Both the position numbers and the translations under genes were made by a program. Under the pieces are notes generated by a model. That model saw nothing but the letters and a program-made list of their open reading frames with translations. It did no database searches and had not been told where the DNA came from. Shown in pieces: positions 30,497 to 40,097 of a stretch of 64,000 nucleotides of DNA (its first letter is position 1; every line of letters starts with the position of its first letter). Origin of the DNA: Candidatus Aquitaenariimonas noxiae (GTDB taxonomy: Bacteria > Omnitrophota > Gorgyraeia > Aquitaenariimonadales > Aquitaenariimonadaceae); contig PEWV01000071.1 of NCBI GenBank assembly GCA_002780005.1, positions 2,188 through 66,187 of the forward strand. Reading direction: 5' to 3'.

Positions 30497-31630
30497 GTGG
30501 AAAAAACTGATATTTTGATTATAGGTGCAGGGATAATTGGTTTAGCGATAGCCGAGGAGTTGTCTTTTAAAGGGAAGAATATTATTATTGCAGAAAAAAA
30601 TATTTCTTTTGGGCAAGAGACTAGCTCTCGAAATAGCGAAGTAATACATGGTGGGATGTACTATCCGGTTGGCACCCTGAAAGCAGAACTTTGTATCAAT
30701 GGCCGGCGTCTTTTATACCAGCTTTGCGCGGAGAAGAAAATTCCGCATAAAAAGACAGGCAAGCTTATTATTGCTACCGATAAAGATGAACTCCTTGCGT
30801 TAGAGGCAATATTGAAGCAAGGGAAAATAAATGGGGTTGAGGGGGGTCGATTTATGACGGAAGCGGAAATGAAGAAGCTCGAACCAAAGGTATCGGGATC
30901 AGCTGCTCTTTATTCCCACGAGACAGGTATCATCGATTCGCACCGGTTAATGGATTACCTCTTGACTACTGCAGAAGAAAATGGCGTATCAATAGTCTAT
31001 GATGCCGAAGTTGTTGCTATTGAGAAGAATAACGATGGTTACAAAGCAACTATAAAAAATGCCGGTGAGAGCGTTGAAATAAAAGCCTTGATTGTGATTA
31101 ACTGTGCTGGTTTGGATTCTGATACCATTGCTAGCATGGTCGGGATTGATATTCTTAAAGAAAAGTATAGTTTGCACTATTGTAAAGGGCAATATTTCCG
31201 CGTTGCCTCAAAGAAGTCCAAACTTATAAACCATCTTGTATATCCTGTGCCGCGTCCCAAGAGCGGCGGTTTGGGTATACATGCGACGCCTGATTTAGCA
31301 GGCAGTCTTCGGCTTGGACCCGATGATAACTATCTTAATGATAGGAATAAAGACTACTCTGTTGATGAAAATAAGAAAAATGATTTTTTCCGGTCTGTCG
31401 TAAAATTTATTCCATTTTTAGAAGAAACTGACTTAACCCCAGATTTATCAGGGATAAGGCCTAAGTTACAGCCTAAAGAAGGGGAATTTCGGGATTTTGT
31501 TATTCGTGACGAAGCTGACAAAGGCCTTCCGGGGTTTATCAATTTAATAGGCATTGAGTCTCCTGGCCTGACAGCATCGCCTGCGATAGCAAGGATGGTC
31601 AAGAATATTGTATCCGGTTTATTAAATTGA
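30497..31630 (+). CDS. FAD-dependent oxidoreductase (DAO family, hydroxyglutarate/glycerol-3-phosphate oxidase-like)
   Basis: FAD-binding GxGxxG motif DILIIGAGIIGLAIAEEL at the N-terminus. DAO-fold length. GTG start. Confidence 0.65.
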   Translation: MEKTDILIIGAGIIGLAIAEELSFKGKNIIIAEKNISFGQETSSRNSEVIHGGMYYPVGTLKAELCINGRRLLYQLCAEKKIPHKKTGKLIIATDKDELLALEAILKQGKINGVEGGRFMTEAEMKKLEPKVSGSAALYSHETGIIDSHRLMDYLLTTAEENGVSIVYDAEVVAIEKNNDGYKATIKNAGESVEIKALIVINCAGLDSDTIASMVGIDILKEKYSLHYCKGQYFRVASKKSKLINHLVYPVPRPKSGGLGIHATPDLAGSLRLGPDDNYLNDRNKDYSVDENKKNDFFRSVVKFIPFLEETDLTPDLSGIRPKLQPKEGEFRDFVIRDEADKGLPGFINLIGIESPGLTASPAIARMVKNIVSGLLN

Positions 31631-31682
31631 TGGAGAATGTCCAAAAATTTTACCATGAACTCAAACTGTTTAAAGGAGAAAT

Positions 31683-33251
31683 ATGACTGCTGATAAAAAT
31701 ATCGGTATTATCGGTCTTGGCTATTGGGGCAAGAATCTTTTGCGCAATCTCTATGAATTGAAAGTACTGCATACCGCTTGCGATCAAAGCCAGGAAGTAC
31801 TCTCGGAAAGGAAGAAAGAGTTTCATGAAGTTAAGTACACTGCATCTTACCGGGACATGTTAAACGATCCGGAAATTAAAGCTATTGTGATATCTACTCC
31901 GGCTGTAAAACACTACGATTTGGTAAAAGAAGTCTTGAATGCCGGGAAAGATGTTTTTGTGGAGAAGCCTCTCGCCTTGACAGCCAAGGAAGGTGAAGAG
32001 TTGATAGGTCTGGCAAGCAAAAAAAACTGCATACTGATGATAGGCCACATATTGCAGTACCATCCGGCAGTTGTTAAATTGAAACAAATGATTTCATCAG
32101 GTGAAATTGGCAAGATTCGTTATATTTATTCGAACAGGTTAAATATCGGCAAATTAAGAACTGAAGAGAATATCCTTTGGAGTTTTGCGCCGCATGATAT
32201 ATCCGTTATACTTATGCTGTTAGGCGAGGAGCCGATTTTTGTTTCGGCTTTCGGAGGGGACTATCTTAATATCGGAGTTAATGATGTTACTTTAACGAAT
32301 TTAGAATTTAAAAATGGTGTAAAAGGACACGTATTTGTCAGCTGGTTACATCCTTATAAAGAACAAAAACTGGTAGTAGTTGGGTCGAAAGGCATGGTCG
32401 TATTTGATGATGTAAGTAAAGAAAAACTATTTCTTTATCCCCATACAATTGAGTGGAAAGATGGTAAAATTCCGATTGCCCAGAAGGCTGATTTTAAAAT
32501 AATTAATTTTGATCACGGAGAACCTTTAAAATTAGAATTATGCCATTTCATTGATTGTATAAATTCGCGGTGCACTCCCAAAACTGACGGTAATGAAGGA
32601 TTGCGTGTGCTGAAAGTTTTGGAAGCTGCAGAAGAAGCTCTATTAAGCTACAAAAATAATGTTTCCAGTCAGAATATCCAGAACCATAAATTTTTTGCGC
32701 ACGAAACAGCTTATGTAGATAACGACGTTACAATAGGTGAGGGGACAAAAATCTGGCATTTTTCACACATACTGAGCAATTCCAAAATTGGAAAGGACTG
32801 TGTTATCGGTCAAAATGTGTCTATAGGGCCAAACGCGATAATCGGAAACAAATGTAAAATTCAGAATAACGTTTCTGTATATAAAGGCGTAACTCTTGAG
32901 GATGAGGTTTTTTGCGGCCCTTCTTGTGTGTTTACCAATGTATACACGCCCAGGGCTTTTATTGAGCGTAAAAACGAGTTTTTGCCGACGTTAGTAAAAA
33001 AAGGAGCGACAATCGGCGCTAATGCTACAATTGTTTGCGGTGCGAATATCGGTAAATATGCATTAGTGGGTGCTGGGGCGGTAGTAAAGAAAGATGTTTC
33101 AGATTATGCCTTGGTTGTTGGTGTTCCAGCCAAACAGATAGGGTGGGTATGTTCCTGCGGGACAACCCTAAAGACAGTGCATAAAAAAGTAAAATGCGAC
33201 TATTGTGGTAAGCTCTATAGGATCTTATCCGATCGAATCGAAGAAATATAA
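31683..33251 (+). CDS. Fusion of a Gfo/Idh/MocA oxidoreductase (WbpB/WlbA-like UDP-GlcNAcA 3-dehydrogenase) with a left-handed beta-helix N-acetyltransferase (WbpD/WlbB-like), plus a C-terminal Cys4 tail
   Basis: N-terminal 300 aa: NIGIIGLGYWGKN.. with EKPLAL, a Gfo/Idh/MocA fold. C-terminal 200 aa: hexapeptide repeats with KIQNNVSVYKGVTLEDEVFCGPSCVFTN, typical of WlbB/WbpD. Tail: CSCG..CDYCG. Confidence 0.75.
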   Translation: MTADKNIGIIGLGYWGKNLLRNLYELKVLHTACDQSQEVLSERKKEFHEVKYTASYRDMLNDPEIKAIVISTPAVKHYDLVKEVLNAGKDVFVEKPLALTAKEGEELIGLASKKNCILMIGHILQYHPAVVKLKQMISSGEIGKIRYIYSNRLNIGKLRTEENILWSFAPHDISVILMLLGEEPIFVSAFGGDYLNIGVNDVTLTNLEFKNGVKGHVFVSWLHPYKEQKLVVVGSKGMVVFDDVSKEKLFLYPHTIEWKDGKIPIAQKADFKIINFDHGEPLKLELCHFIDCINSRCTPKTDGNEGLRVLKVLEAAEEALLSYKNNVSSQNIQNHKFFAHETAYVDNDVTIGEGTKIWHFSHILSNSKIGKDCVIGQNVSIGPNAIIGNKCKIQNNVSVYKGVTLEDEVFCGPSCVFTNVYTPRAFIERKNEFLPTLVKKGATIGANATIVCGANIGKYALVGAGAVVKKDVSDYALVVGVPAKQIGWVCSCGTTLKTVHKKVKCDYCGKLYRILSDRIEEI

Positions 33252-33263
33252 TGTTAAGGAGGG

Positions 33264-34256
33264 GTGATGGATATACGTGGTAAACGGTTTTTAGTTATCG
33301 GGGGGGCAGGTCTCATTGGTTCGCATACAGTAGATGAATTGCTAAAAACTGACATAAAAGAGCTTGCTATTTACGACAATTTCTGCCGCGGGACGGAAGA
33401 CAACCTGCGAGAAGCTCTAAAAGACCAACGCTGTAAAATTTTCTCTGTCGGCGGTGATATCCTGCAGACTGATATTCTCGATGCAGCGATGAAAGATATT
33501 GATGGTGTCTTCCATTTTGCCGCGCTATGGCTACTACAGTGCCACGAATATCCTCGATCAGCATTTGAAGTAAACATTAGAGGTACGTTTAATGTCATAG
33601 AAGCCTGCGTGAAAAATAATATTAAACGCCTTATTTATTCTTCTTCGGCATCGGTTTACGGTGATGCAATCCAAGAGCCGATGACTGAAGAGCACCCTTA
33701 CAATAATACTAACTTTTACGGTGCTACCAAAATTGCCGGCGAACATATGTGCCGGGCCTTTTTTCACCGTTACAAATTACCCTATGTGGGCTTGCGCTAC
33801 ATGAATGTCTACGGTCCGCGGCAGGATTATAGAGGTGCATATATCGCTGTAATCATGAAAATATTAGACAGGCTGGATCAAGGATTGCCTCCGATAGTTT
33901 ACGGTGACGGTTCGCAGGCGTACGACTTTATTTATGTTGGTGACTGTGCTAAAGCTAATGTTTGCGCGATGAAAGCAGAAACTCTGGACACGTTCTATAA
34001 CGTGGGTATGGGAGTAAAAACTACCATTAAAGAGCTGACTGAACTTATTCTCAAACTTACCAAGTCAAAAAGCAGCATTCAATACGAACCAGCAGGTAAA
34101 ACTTTTGTTAAAAACAGAGTAGGGTGTCCGAAAAAAGCTGCGGCAGAAATAAATTTTCGTGCCTCAGTCACCTTGGAAAAGGGGCTACGGGAATTGATTG
34201 AATGGCGCAAATCGCACATGGAGGAAGTAGAAAAAAAGCGCAGAAAATCTAGTTAA
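33264..34256 (+). CDS. NAD-dependent epimerase/dehydratase (GalE-like extended SDR)
   Basis: FLVIGGAGLIGSH Rossmann fold and YGATKIAGE YxxxK motif. About 330 aa. Confidence 0.75.
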   Translation: MMDIRGKRFLVIGGAGLIGSHTVDELLKTDIKELAIYDNFCRGTEDNLREALKDQRCKIFSVGGDILQTDILDAAMKDIDGVFHFAALWLLQCHEYPRSAFEVNIRGTFNVIEACVKNNIKRLIYSSSASVYGDAIQEPMTEEHPYNNTNFYGATKIAGEHMCRAFFHRYKLPYVGLRYMNVYGPRQDYRGAYIAVIMKILDRLDQGLPPIVYGDGSQAYDFIYVGDCAKANVCAMKAETLDTFYNVGMGVKTTIKELTELILKLTKSKSSIQYEPAGKTFVKNRVGCPKKAAAEINFRASVTLEKGLRELIEWRKSHMEEVEKKRRKSS

Positions 34257-34257
34257 C

Positions 34258-35448
34258 ATGAAAATACCAATAACAAAACCAGTTTTTGATGATTGTGAAA
34301 AAAAAGCCGTACTCAAGCCCTTAGAAACAGGATGGCTTGTCCAGGGGCCGTTTGTGGCTGAGTTTGAAAAACTCTTTGCCCGATATGTCGGCGCTCAATT
34401 TGCCAAAGCAACCACCAGTTGCACAACGGCATTACATTTGGCTTTGGAGGCATTAGGAATAAAAAAGAGCGATAAAGTAGTAGTTCCTTCTTTTACATAT
34501 ATCGCCTCAGCTAATGCGATAGAATACGCGAACGCCGAGGTAGTGTTCTGTGATATTGATTTAAGGACGTTTAATATTGATGTAGAAAAGTTAGAAAGTA
34601 TTATACAGCTAGACAAAAAAAGAAAGATAAAGGCTATCATGCCGGTTAACCTGTTTGGTCTTTGTGCGGATCTGCCTGCGATTATGCAGCTAGCCAAAAA
34701 ATATGGCATAAAAATTGTGGAAGACTCTGCTTGTGGCTTAGGAGCTTTTATCGGCAAAAAACATTCTGGCACATTTGGCGACATGGGTTGTTTCTCTTTT
34801 CATCCCCGTAAGGCCATTACTACCGGAGAAGGCGGGATGGTGATTACAGATGACAATAATTTGACAAATTTGGTCGCATCCTTACGGGACCACGGTGCAA
34901 GTAAATCGGATTTACAGCGCCATAAAGAAAAAGACGGGTCGCTTTTGCCGGAATTTAATTTGCGAGGCTATAATTATCGTATGACCGATATTCAGGGAGC
35001 CATTGGTGTGTGCCAGATAAAAAAAGCCGCAACTATTATTGAAGGAAGGCGTCTCATCGCTCGGCGATACAGCGCAGCACTAAGTGGAATACCATTTTTA
35101 ATTCTCCCTTATCTGCCGTTAGGGTACACACACGGCTACCAGTCATATGTTTGCCTATTTACTGCAGGTGAAGATTTATCAAGGCTGACAATGCATAAAA
35201 TCGATAGAATAAACAAAGCCAGGAATAATTTCATGATGAAGCTGGAAAGGCGTGGTATAAGCGTGCGTCAGGGCACACACGCCGTGCACACGCTGGGTTA
35301 TTATAAAAATAAGTATACATTAAAGGATAAAGATTATCTGTCCTCCTATGCTGCAGACCGCTTAAGCGTGACTTTGCCTCTTTATGCCGATATGAATGAC
35401 AAAGAATTTAATTACGTCATTGAAAATATAAAGGAGATTTTGAAGTAA
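34258..35448 (+). CDS. DegT-family sugar aminotransferase (third copy)
   Basis: IPITKPVFDDCEKKAVLKPLETGWLVQGPFV N-terminal motifs of the DegT family. About 396 aa. Confidence 0.8.
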   Translation: MKIPITKPVFDDCEKKAVLKPLETGWLVQGPFVAEFEKLFARYVGAQFAKATTSCTTALHLALEALGIKKSDKVVVPSFTYIASANAIEYANAEVVFCDIDLRTFNIDVEKLESIIQLDKKRKIKAIMPVNLFGLCADLPAIMQLAKKYGIKIVEDSACGLGAFIGKKHSGTFGDMGCFSFHPRKAITTGEGGMVITDDNNLTNLVASLRDHGASKSDLQRHKEKDGSLLPEFNLRGYNYRMTDIQGAIGVCQIKKAATIIEGRRLIARRYSAALSGIPFLILPYLPLGYTHGYQSYVCLFTAGEDLSRLTMHKIDRINKARNNFMMKLERRGISVRQGTHAVHTLGYYKNKYTLKDKDYLSSYAADRLSVTLPLYADMNDKEFNYVIENIKEILK

Positions 35449-37355
35449 TGTGCGGTATAGCTGGAATAGTTAATCTGAACAAAAAACCGGTTGACGCAAA
35501 AGTTCTTGGTCGGATGACCGATGCTATGGCACATCGCGGCCCGGATGGAAGAGGGGTCTTCGTTGACGATTTTGTGGGATTGGGCCATCGGCGTCTCGCC
35601 GTTCTTGATTTATCGGAAAAAGCTCATCAGCCAATGCTGATAGAAGACGGAAGCTTGGTAATTTCTTATATGGGCGAAGTATATAACTTCAAGGAGATAC
35701 GGAACAAATTAGAAAAGGAAGGTTTTAGTTTCCGGTCAAATTCGGACACCGAAGTTGTTTTAAAGGCATTTAAACACTACGGTTACGATGCCCTGAACCA
35801 TTTCAACGGCATGTTTGCTTTTGCTATCTGGGATAAAGATAAGAAAACAGTTACCTTAGCTCGTGATCGTTACGGCATAAAACCGTTCTATTACTGGCAA
35901 AAAGCGAATATATTTATTTTTGCTTCCGAGATAAAGGCTTTTTTAGAACATCCGGCGTTCCGCGCCGAGTTGGATACAGAAACTTTGCTTGAATATTTTA
36001 CGTTTCAAAACACATTTACCGGTAAAACGCTGTTTAAGGGAGTAGTGTTAGTGCCTGCAGGGCATTTTATCAGAATAAAACTCTCCGGCGCACCAAACAT
36101 AGAAACCGTACGATACTGGGATTTCCATTTTACAGAAGAAAAAAACATTCGGGCAGAGGCTGAATACCTGGAAGAGCTGGATGGATTATTTAAGCAGGCA
36201 GTGAAAAGACAACTGGTAGCTGACGTCGAAATAGGCGCTTATTTAAGCGGAGGAATTGATTCCGGCTCAGTCACGGCAATCGCCTCGCAATATTTCAAAG
36301 ATCTAAAGACCTTCTGCATCGGTTTTGATTTATCTTCGGTTTCGGGTTTAGAGCTTTCTTTTGACGAACGAAAGAAAGCAGAGCATATTTCTTATCTTTA
36401 TCAAACCGAACATTACGAGATGGTGCTTAAATCCGGAGATATGCAGCGCTGCCTACCACGGTTGGTATGGTCATTGGAAGATTTACGGTTAGGCCAGAGT
36501 TATCCAAATTTTTACGCTTCCAAACTGGCATCAAGATTTGTAAAAGTTTGTCTTTCCGGTGCCGGAGGCGATGAGCTGTTTGGGGGGTATCCCTGGAGAT
36601 ATTACAAGGCTTTAAAGAGCAAAAACTTTGATGAATATATTGACGGTTACTACAAATATTGGCAAAGGCTAGTGCCAAATGCTATTCTAACAAATTTATT
36701 TGCGCCGGTATGTAAAGATATCCAGAAAGTTCGGACTGAAGACATTTTTAAAAATGTGTTCAACGGCCATAAACTTGTGCCTGCTAACCCCGAAGATTAT
36801 ATTAACCACTCGTTATATTTTGAGGCAAAAACCTTTATGCACGGTTTATTTATTGTGGACGATAAATTGAGCATGGCTAATGGTTTGGAAATCAGAGTTC
36901 CATTTCTAGATAACGATTTAGTTGATTTTGCTATGAAAATACCCTTGAGGCTTAAGTTGCGCGACATCGACAATACTTTACGTATCGATGAGGATAATCT
37001 GGCTAAGCGGGAAATGTACTTTGAAAAAACGCAAGACGGTAAAATGATCCTGCGTAAAGTTCTGGGCAAATATGTAGGCGAGAAAATCAGGGATCAGCAT
37101 AAACAGGGATTTTCCGGTCCGGATGCCAGTTGGTTTAAAGGTGAAAGTATAGACTATGTAAAGAGACTCCTTTTGAATAAAAAGGCGAGTGTATATAACT
37201 ATTTTGATTATGATACAAGCAGAGTGTTATTGGAGGATCACCTTTCTGGTAAACATAACAGGCGTTTGTTTATTTGGTCTCTATTATGTTTTGAAACATG
37301 GATACGCATATTTTTGCTTGGTCAGAAGGCGGAAGGATTATTTTGTGAAAAATAA
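35448..37355 (+). CDS. Asparagine synthetase B-type glutamine-dependent amidotransferase (WbpS-like sugar amidotransferase candidate)
   Basis: MCGIAGIV N-terminal Ntn-GATase. Asn-synthase PP-loop domain (SGGIDSGSV). 635 aa. Confidence 0.8.
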   Translation: MCGIAGIVNLNKKPVDAKVLGRMTDAMAHRGPDGRGVFVDDFVGLGHRRLAVLDLSEKAHQPMLIEDGSLVISYMGEVYNFKEIRNKLEKEGFSFRSNSDTEVVLKAFKHYGYDALNHFNGMFAFAIWDKDKKTVTLARDRYGIKPFYYWQKANIFIFASEIKAFLEHPAFRAELDTETLLEYFTFQNTFTGKTLFKGVVLVPAGHFIRIKLSGAPNIETVRYWDFHFTEEKNIRAEAEYLEELDGLFKQAVKRQLVADVEIGAYLSGGIDSGSVTAIASQYFKDLKTFCIGFDLSSVSGLELSFDERKKAEHISYLYQTEHYEMVLKSGDMQRCLPRLVWSLEDLRLGQSYPNFYASKLASRFVKVCLSGAGGDELFGGYPWRYYKALKSKNFDEYIDGYYKYWQRLVPNAILTNLFAPVCKDIQKVRTEDIFKNVFNGHKLVPANPEDYINHSLYFEAKTFMHGLFIVDDKLSMANGLEIRVPFLDNDLVDFAMKIPLRLKLRDIDNTLRIDEDNLAKREMYFEKTQDGKMILRKVLGKYVGEKIRDQHKQGFSGPDASWFKGESIDYVKRLLLNKKASVYNYFDYDTSRVLLEDHLSGKHNRRLFIWSLLCFETWIRIFLLGQKAEGLFCEK

Positions 37356-38421
37356 TTTAAACATATTTGTTGATCCAAAGACAAAAAAAACACTAGCTTT
37401 GAACGTCCGCAAAACTGCCGACGACGAGATAATTTCTGGAACGTTGCGCTCCGGCACAAAGACATATCCGATTGTGAATGGTATACCACGATTTGTGGAA
37501 AAGTCTTTGTATGATGGTTCTCTTATTCTGGGAACTGAAAGACAAACTGCCAAGTCGTTTGGAACGAAATGGCGCGAGCAAAGAAATCAGCATATCGGGG
37601 ATACGCTTCAGGATATAAAAGATTGGAAAGAACAATTTATGGCAGTGTTAGGTTGTTCCAGCGAACCGCGGCTTAAAAACTTATTTAAGAAAGCTAAGAG
37701 AACGCTAAACGCAGGATGCGGCGTAGGGTGGTCAGAATACTTATTTAATTATAATCCTGAAACTGAACGCCACTGTATCGATATCAGTTTATCTGTTGAG
37801 GTCGCATATAGAAAAACTATTCGGCTTAGCAATGTTATCGTTTCGCAAGCCTCTATCTTTAATTTACCATATCGCGATAATACCTTTGACATAATCTATT
37901 CGTTGGGAGTAATTCATCATACGCCATATCCTCAAAAGGCTTTTAAGGCGCTTGTAAATAAGCTTACGCCTGGAGGATTACTCGGAGTATATGTTTATAA
38001 TAAAAAGCTCTTTTTACGCGAAATTGCAGATATGGAAATTCGTAAATACACTGCTTTAATGAGCTACGAAAAGTGTTTGGAGTTTTCCCGACAAATGACT
38101 AGGCTCGGTAAGTCCCTGAAACAAATCAGAGAGAGCGTAATTATTGATGAAGACATAAAACTGCTGGGGATAAAAAAAGGCAGCTATAATCTCCAGAAGT
38201 TTGTTTACGATCATTTTATCAAATGCTGGTACAATCCTAAACAGGATATGGATTATGCCGATCTTGTTAATCAAGATTGGTATCATCCTTATTATGCCAG
38301 CCATCATACAAAAGAAGAGGTAGCGGCCTGGTTTAAGAAGTCTGGTATGAAAAATATAAAATTTATACAACCCAAAGGTTGGGAGCACAGCGGGTACTTT
38401 GTATCAGGGAGGAAAGCATGA
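37345..38421 (+). CDS. Trm112-like zinc-ribbon fused to a class I SAM-dependent methyltransferase
   Basis: N-terminus [18 protein letters not shown] is Trm112-like. SAM motif [15 protein letters not shown] start at 37345 overlaps the asnB stop; the track ORF start at 37189 is an out-of-frame extension inside asnB. Confidence 0.7.
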   Translation: MKNNLNIFVDPKTKKTLALNVRKTADDEIISGTLRSGTKTYPIVNGIPRFVEKSLYDGSLILGTERQTAKSFGTKWREQRNQHIGDTLQDIKDWKEQFMAVLGCSSEPRLKNLFKKAKRTLNAGCGVGWSEYLFNYNPETERHCIDISLSVEVAYRKTIRLSNVIVSQASIFNLPYRDNTFDIIYSLGVIHHTPYPQKAFKALVNKLTPGGLLGVYVYNKKLFLREIADMEIRKYTALMSYEKCLEFSRQMTRLGKSLKQIRESVIIDEDIKLLGIKKGSYNLQKFVYDHFIKCWYNPKQDMDYADLVNQDWYHPYYASHHTKEEVAAWFKKSGMKNIKFIQPKGWEHSGYFVSGRKA

Positions 38422-38999
38422 ATAAAGCTAAGATTAAACAGGCGCAGAATAATATAAGAAATTTACACGTTTTTTTAAGAACAGAAATTAAAAAGAAATG
38501 GAATAGGGTTTTGCCTTTTAATGAGGAGATCGCGGATAGATGGGAAAAGGCAAAGTACTTAAAATTCGGCCGGGGTGCCAGCATTTATGATAATTCTCTT
38601 GTGTTTGGCGATGTTAAGGTTGGCAAAAATACCTGGATAGGGCCTTTTACTATCCTAGATGGAACCGGGGGTTTAACCATAGGTTCATATTGCTCAATAT
38701 CTACCGGTGTGCAGATTTATACGCATGATTCTGTAAAATGGGCGCTATCCGCAGGAAAAGCAAAATACGAACACTCCTCGGTAAGCATCGGGGATAGCTG
38801 CTATATAGGGCCTAATGCTGTAATAGCAAAAGGTGTTTCTATTGGAAAACGCTGTGTAATTGGTGCAAACAGCTTAGTTAATAAACATTTGCCTAGCCAT
38901 TCAATTGCCTTTGGAATACCAGCTAAGATTGTGGGTAAAGTAAGTGTGGAAGGAAAAAAAATCAAATTGGAATATTTTTCAAGCAAATCTCATAAATGA
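38418..38999 (+). CDS. Hexapeptide-repeat (LbH) acyl/acetyltransferase
   Basis: Repeated [LIV]GxxxxI hexapeptides (IGPFTILDG.., [25 protein letters not shown]). ATGA overlap with the upstream gene. Confidence 0.75.
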   Translation: MNKAKIKQAQNNIRNLHVFLRTEIKKKWNRVLPFNEEIADRWEKAKYLKFGRGASIYDNSLVFGDVKVGKNTWIGPFTILDGTGGLTIGSYCSISTGVQIYTHDSVKWALSAGKAKYEHSSVSIGDSCYIGPNAVIAKGVSIGKRCVIGANSLVNKHLPSHSIAFGIPAKIVGKVSVEGKKIKLEYFSSKSHK

Positions 39000-40093
39000 A
39001 ATTCACACCGTTGCCACATTTCCCAAATTCAGAAAGAATAAAAGGCCATATAAAACAAAATGCGTTTTTTTATCGTTTTTTGGTAAGCATTAAAGGTGTT
39101 ATCTTAGGTTCTTTAGGTATCTTAAGGAATCAGAAGGGCGCAAAAGAACATTTATTTTCAACGGCCTCTTTTTTTGTAAAGTCGTGTTCTATTTCTGGTA
39201 TGCCAACCAATATTACCATTGAACCGACCAATATCTGCAATCTTCGGTGCCCGGTTTGCGAAACCGGGGCAGGGGTATTAAATAGAGGAAAAAGGAGCAT
39301 GACACTTGAGGAATTTAAGGTTATCGCTGATAAGATCTCACCCTTTGCAAATACATTGATGTTTTACTTTATGGGCGAGCCGTTTTTAAATAACGATATA
39401 TATGAAATGATTAAATATGCCAAAAATAAAGAGATACCATTTGTGACAACTTGTACCAACGGGAGCTTTGTTGACCCGGAGAAACTTGTTGAGTCGGGAA
39501 TAGATGAAGTGAGCTTTCAGATATGCGGTTTAACCAAAGATATTCATAAAATATACCGTACGGGCAGCGATTTAAACTTAGTAATGAATAATCTTAAGAA
39601 AACAATTTGTGCGCGTAATGCATCCAAGTCAAAAATGCGCATAGTTTGCGGCTTTATTCTAATGAAGCAAAATGAGCACGAGGTCGATGACTTTAAGAAA
39701 TATATGCAGCAGATTGGGGTTGATGAAGCAATAGTAATCGATCCTTGCGTTAGAAGCTTGGACCAAGGGAGAAATTTCCTGCCCTCTGATACGAACCACT
39801 GGCTTTACGATCCTGCAGCTTTTGAGCGAGGAGAGCTTAAGCCTAAAATAACTCTGAAGAATGGCTGCCCTTGGATATACTATTCAGTCGCGATATTGGC
39901 CAACGGCGATGTTGTCCCTTGCTGCCGGGATGCCAATGGTTATTTGGTAATGGGCAACATACTTTCTCAGGATATGAAGGAGATTTGGAACGGAAAGCAT
40001 TTTCAAGAATTCAGGAAAAAAGTTATTTTCAATAGGTCAGAAGTTGATATATGCAATCTTTGCTCTTCATTTGGAATAGCAAGACTAAGGTAA
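38996..40093 (+). CDS. Radical SAM enzyme with C-terminal SPASM/twitch domain
   Basis: CxxxCxxC radical SAM motif [14 protein letters not shown]-terminal Cys-rich SPASM-like segment ([23 protein letters not shown]). Possible alternative start at ATG 39200 (MPTNITIEP). The 68-aa N-terminal extension contains a hydrophobic stretch. Confidence 0.75.
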   Translation: MKFTPLPHFPNSERIKGHIKQNAFFYRFLVSIKGVILGSLGILRNQKGAKEHLFSTASFFVKSCSISGMPTNITIEPTNICNLRCPVCETGAGVLNRGKRSMTLEEFKVIADKISPFANTLMFYFMGEPFLNNDIYEMIKYAKNKEIPFVTTCTNGSFVDPEKLVESGIDEVSFQICGLTKDIHKIYRTGSDLNLVMNNLKKTICARNASKSKMRIVCGFILMKQNEHEVDDFKKYMQQIGVDEAIVIDPCVRSLDQGRNFLPSDTNHWLYDPAAFERGELKPKITLKNGCPWIYYSVAILANGDVVPCCRDANGYLVMGNILSQDMKEIWNGKHFQEFRKKVIFNRSEVDICNLCSSFGIARLR

Positions 40094-40097
40094 AGCT

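Noticed and set aside
37189-37344. Long upstream extension of the methyltransferase ORF overlapping asnB-1 by 166 nt, a possible programmed frameshift or fusion
   Set aside because: It has no start codon or RBS logic. The Trm112-like module begins right after GTG 37345, which overlaps the asnB stop. The extension is a chance open frame.
38996-39199. Whether the 68-aa N-terminal extension of the radical SAM gene is a separate small ORF or leader peptide
   Set aside because: There is no stop codon between 38996 and the CxxxCxxC region. ATGA coupling to the upstream gene favours a single ORF. The alternative start at 39200 is noted in the feature instead.
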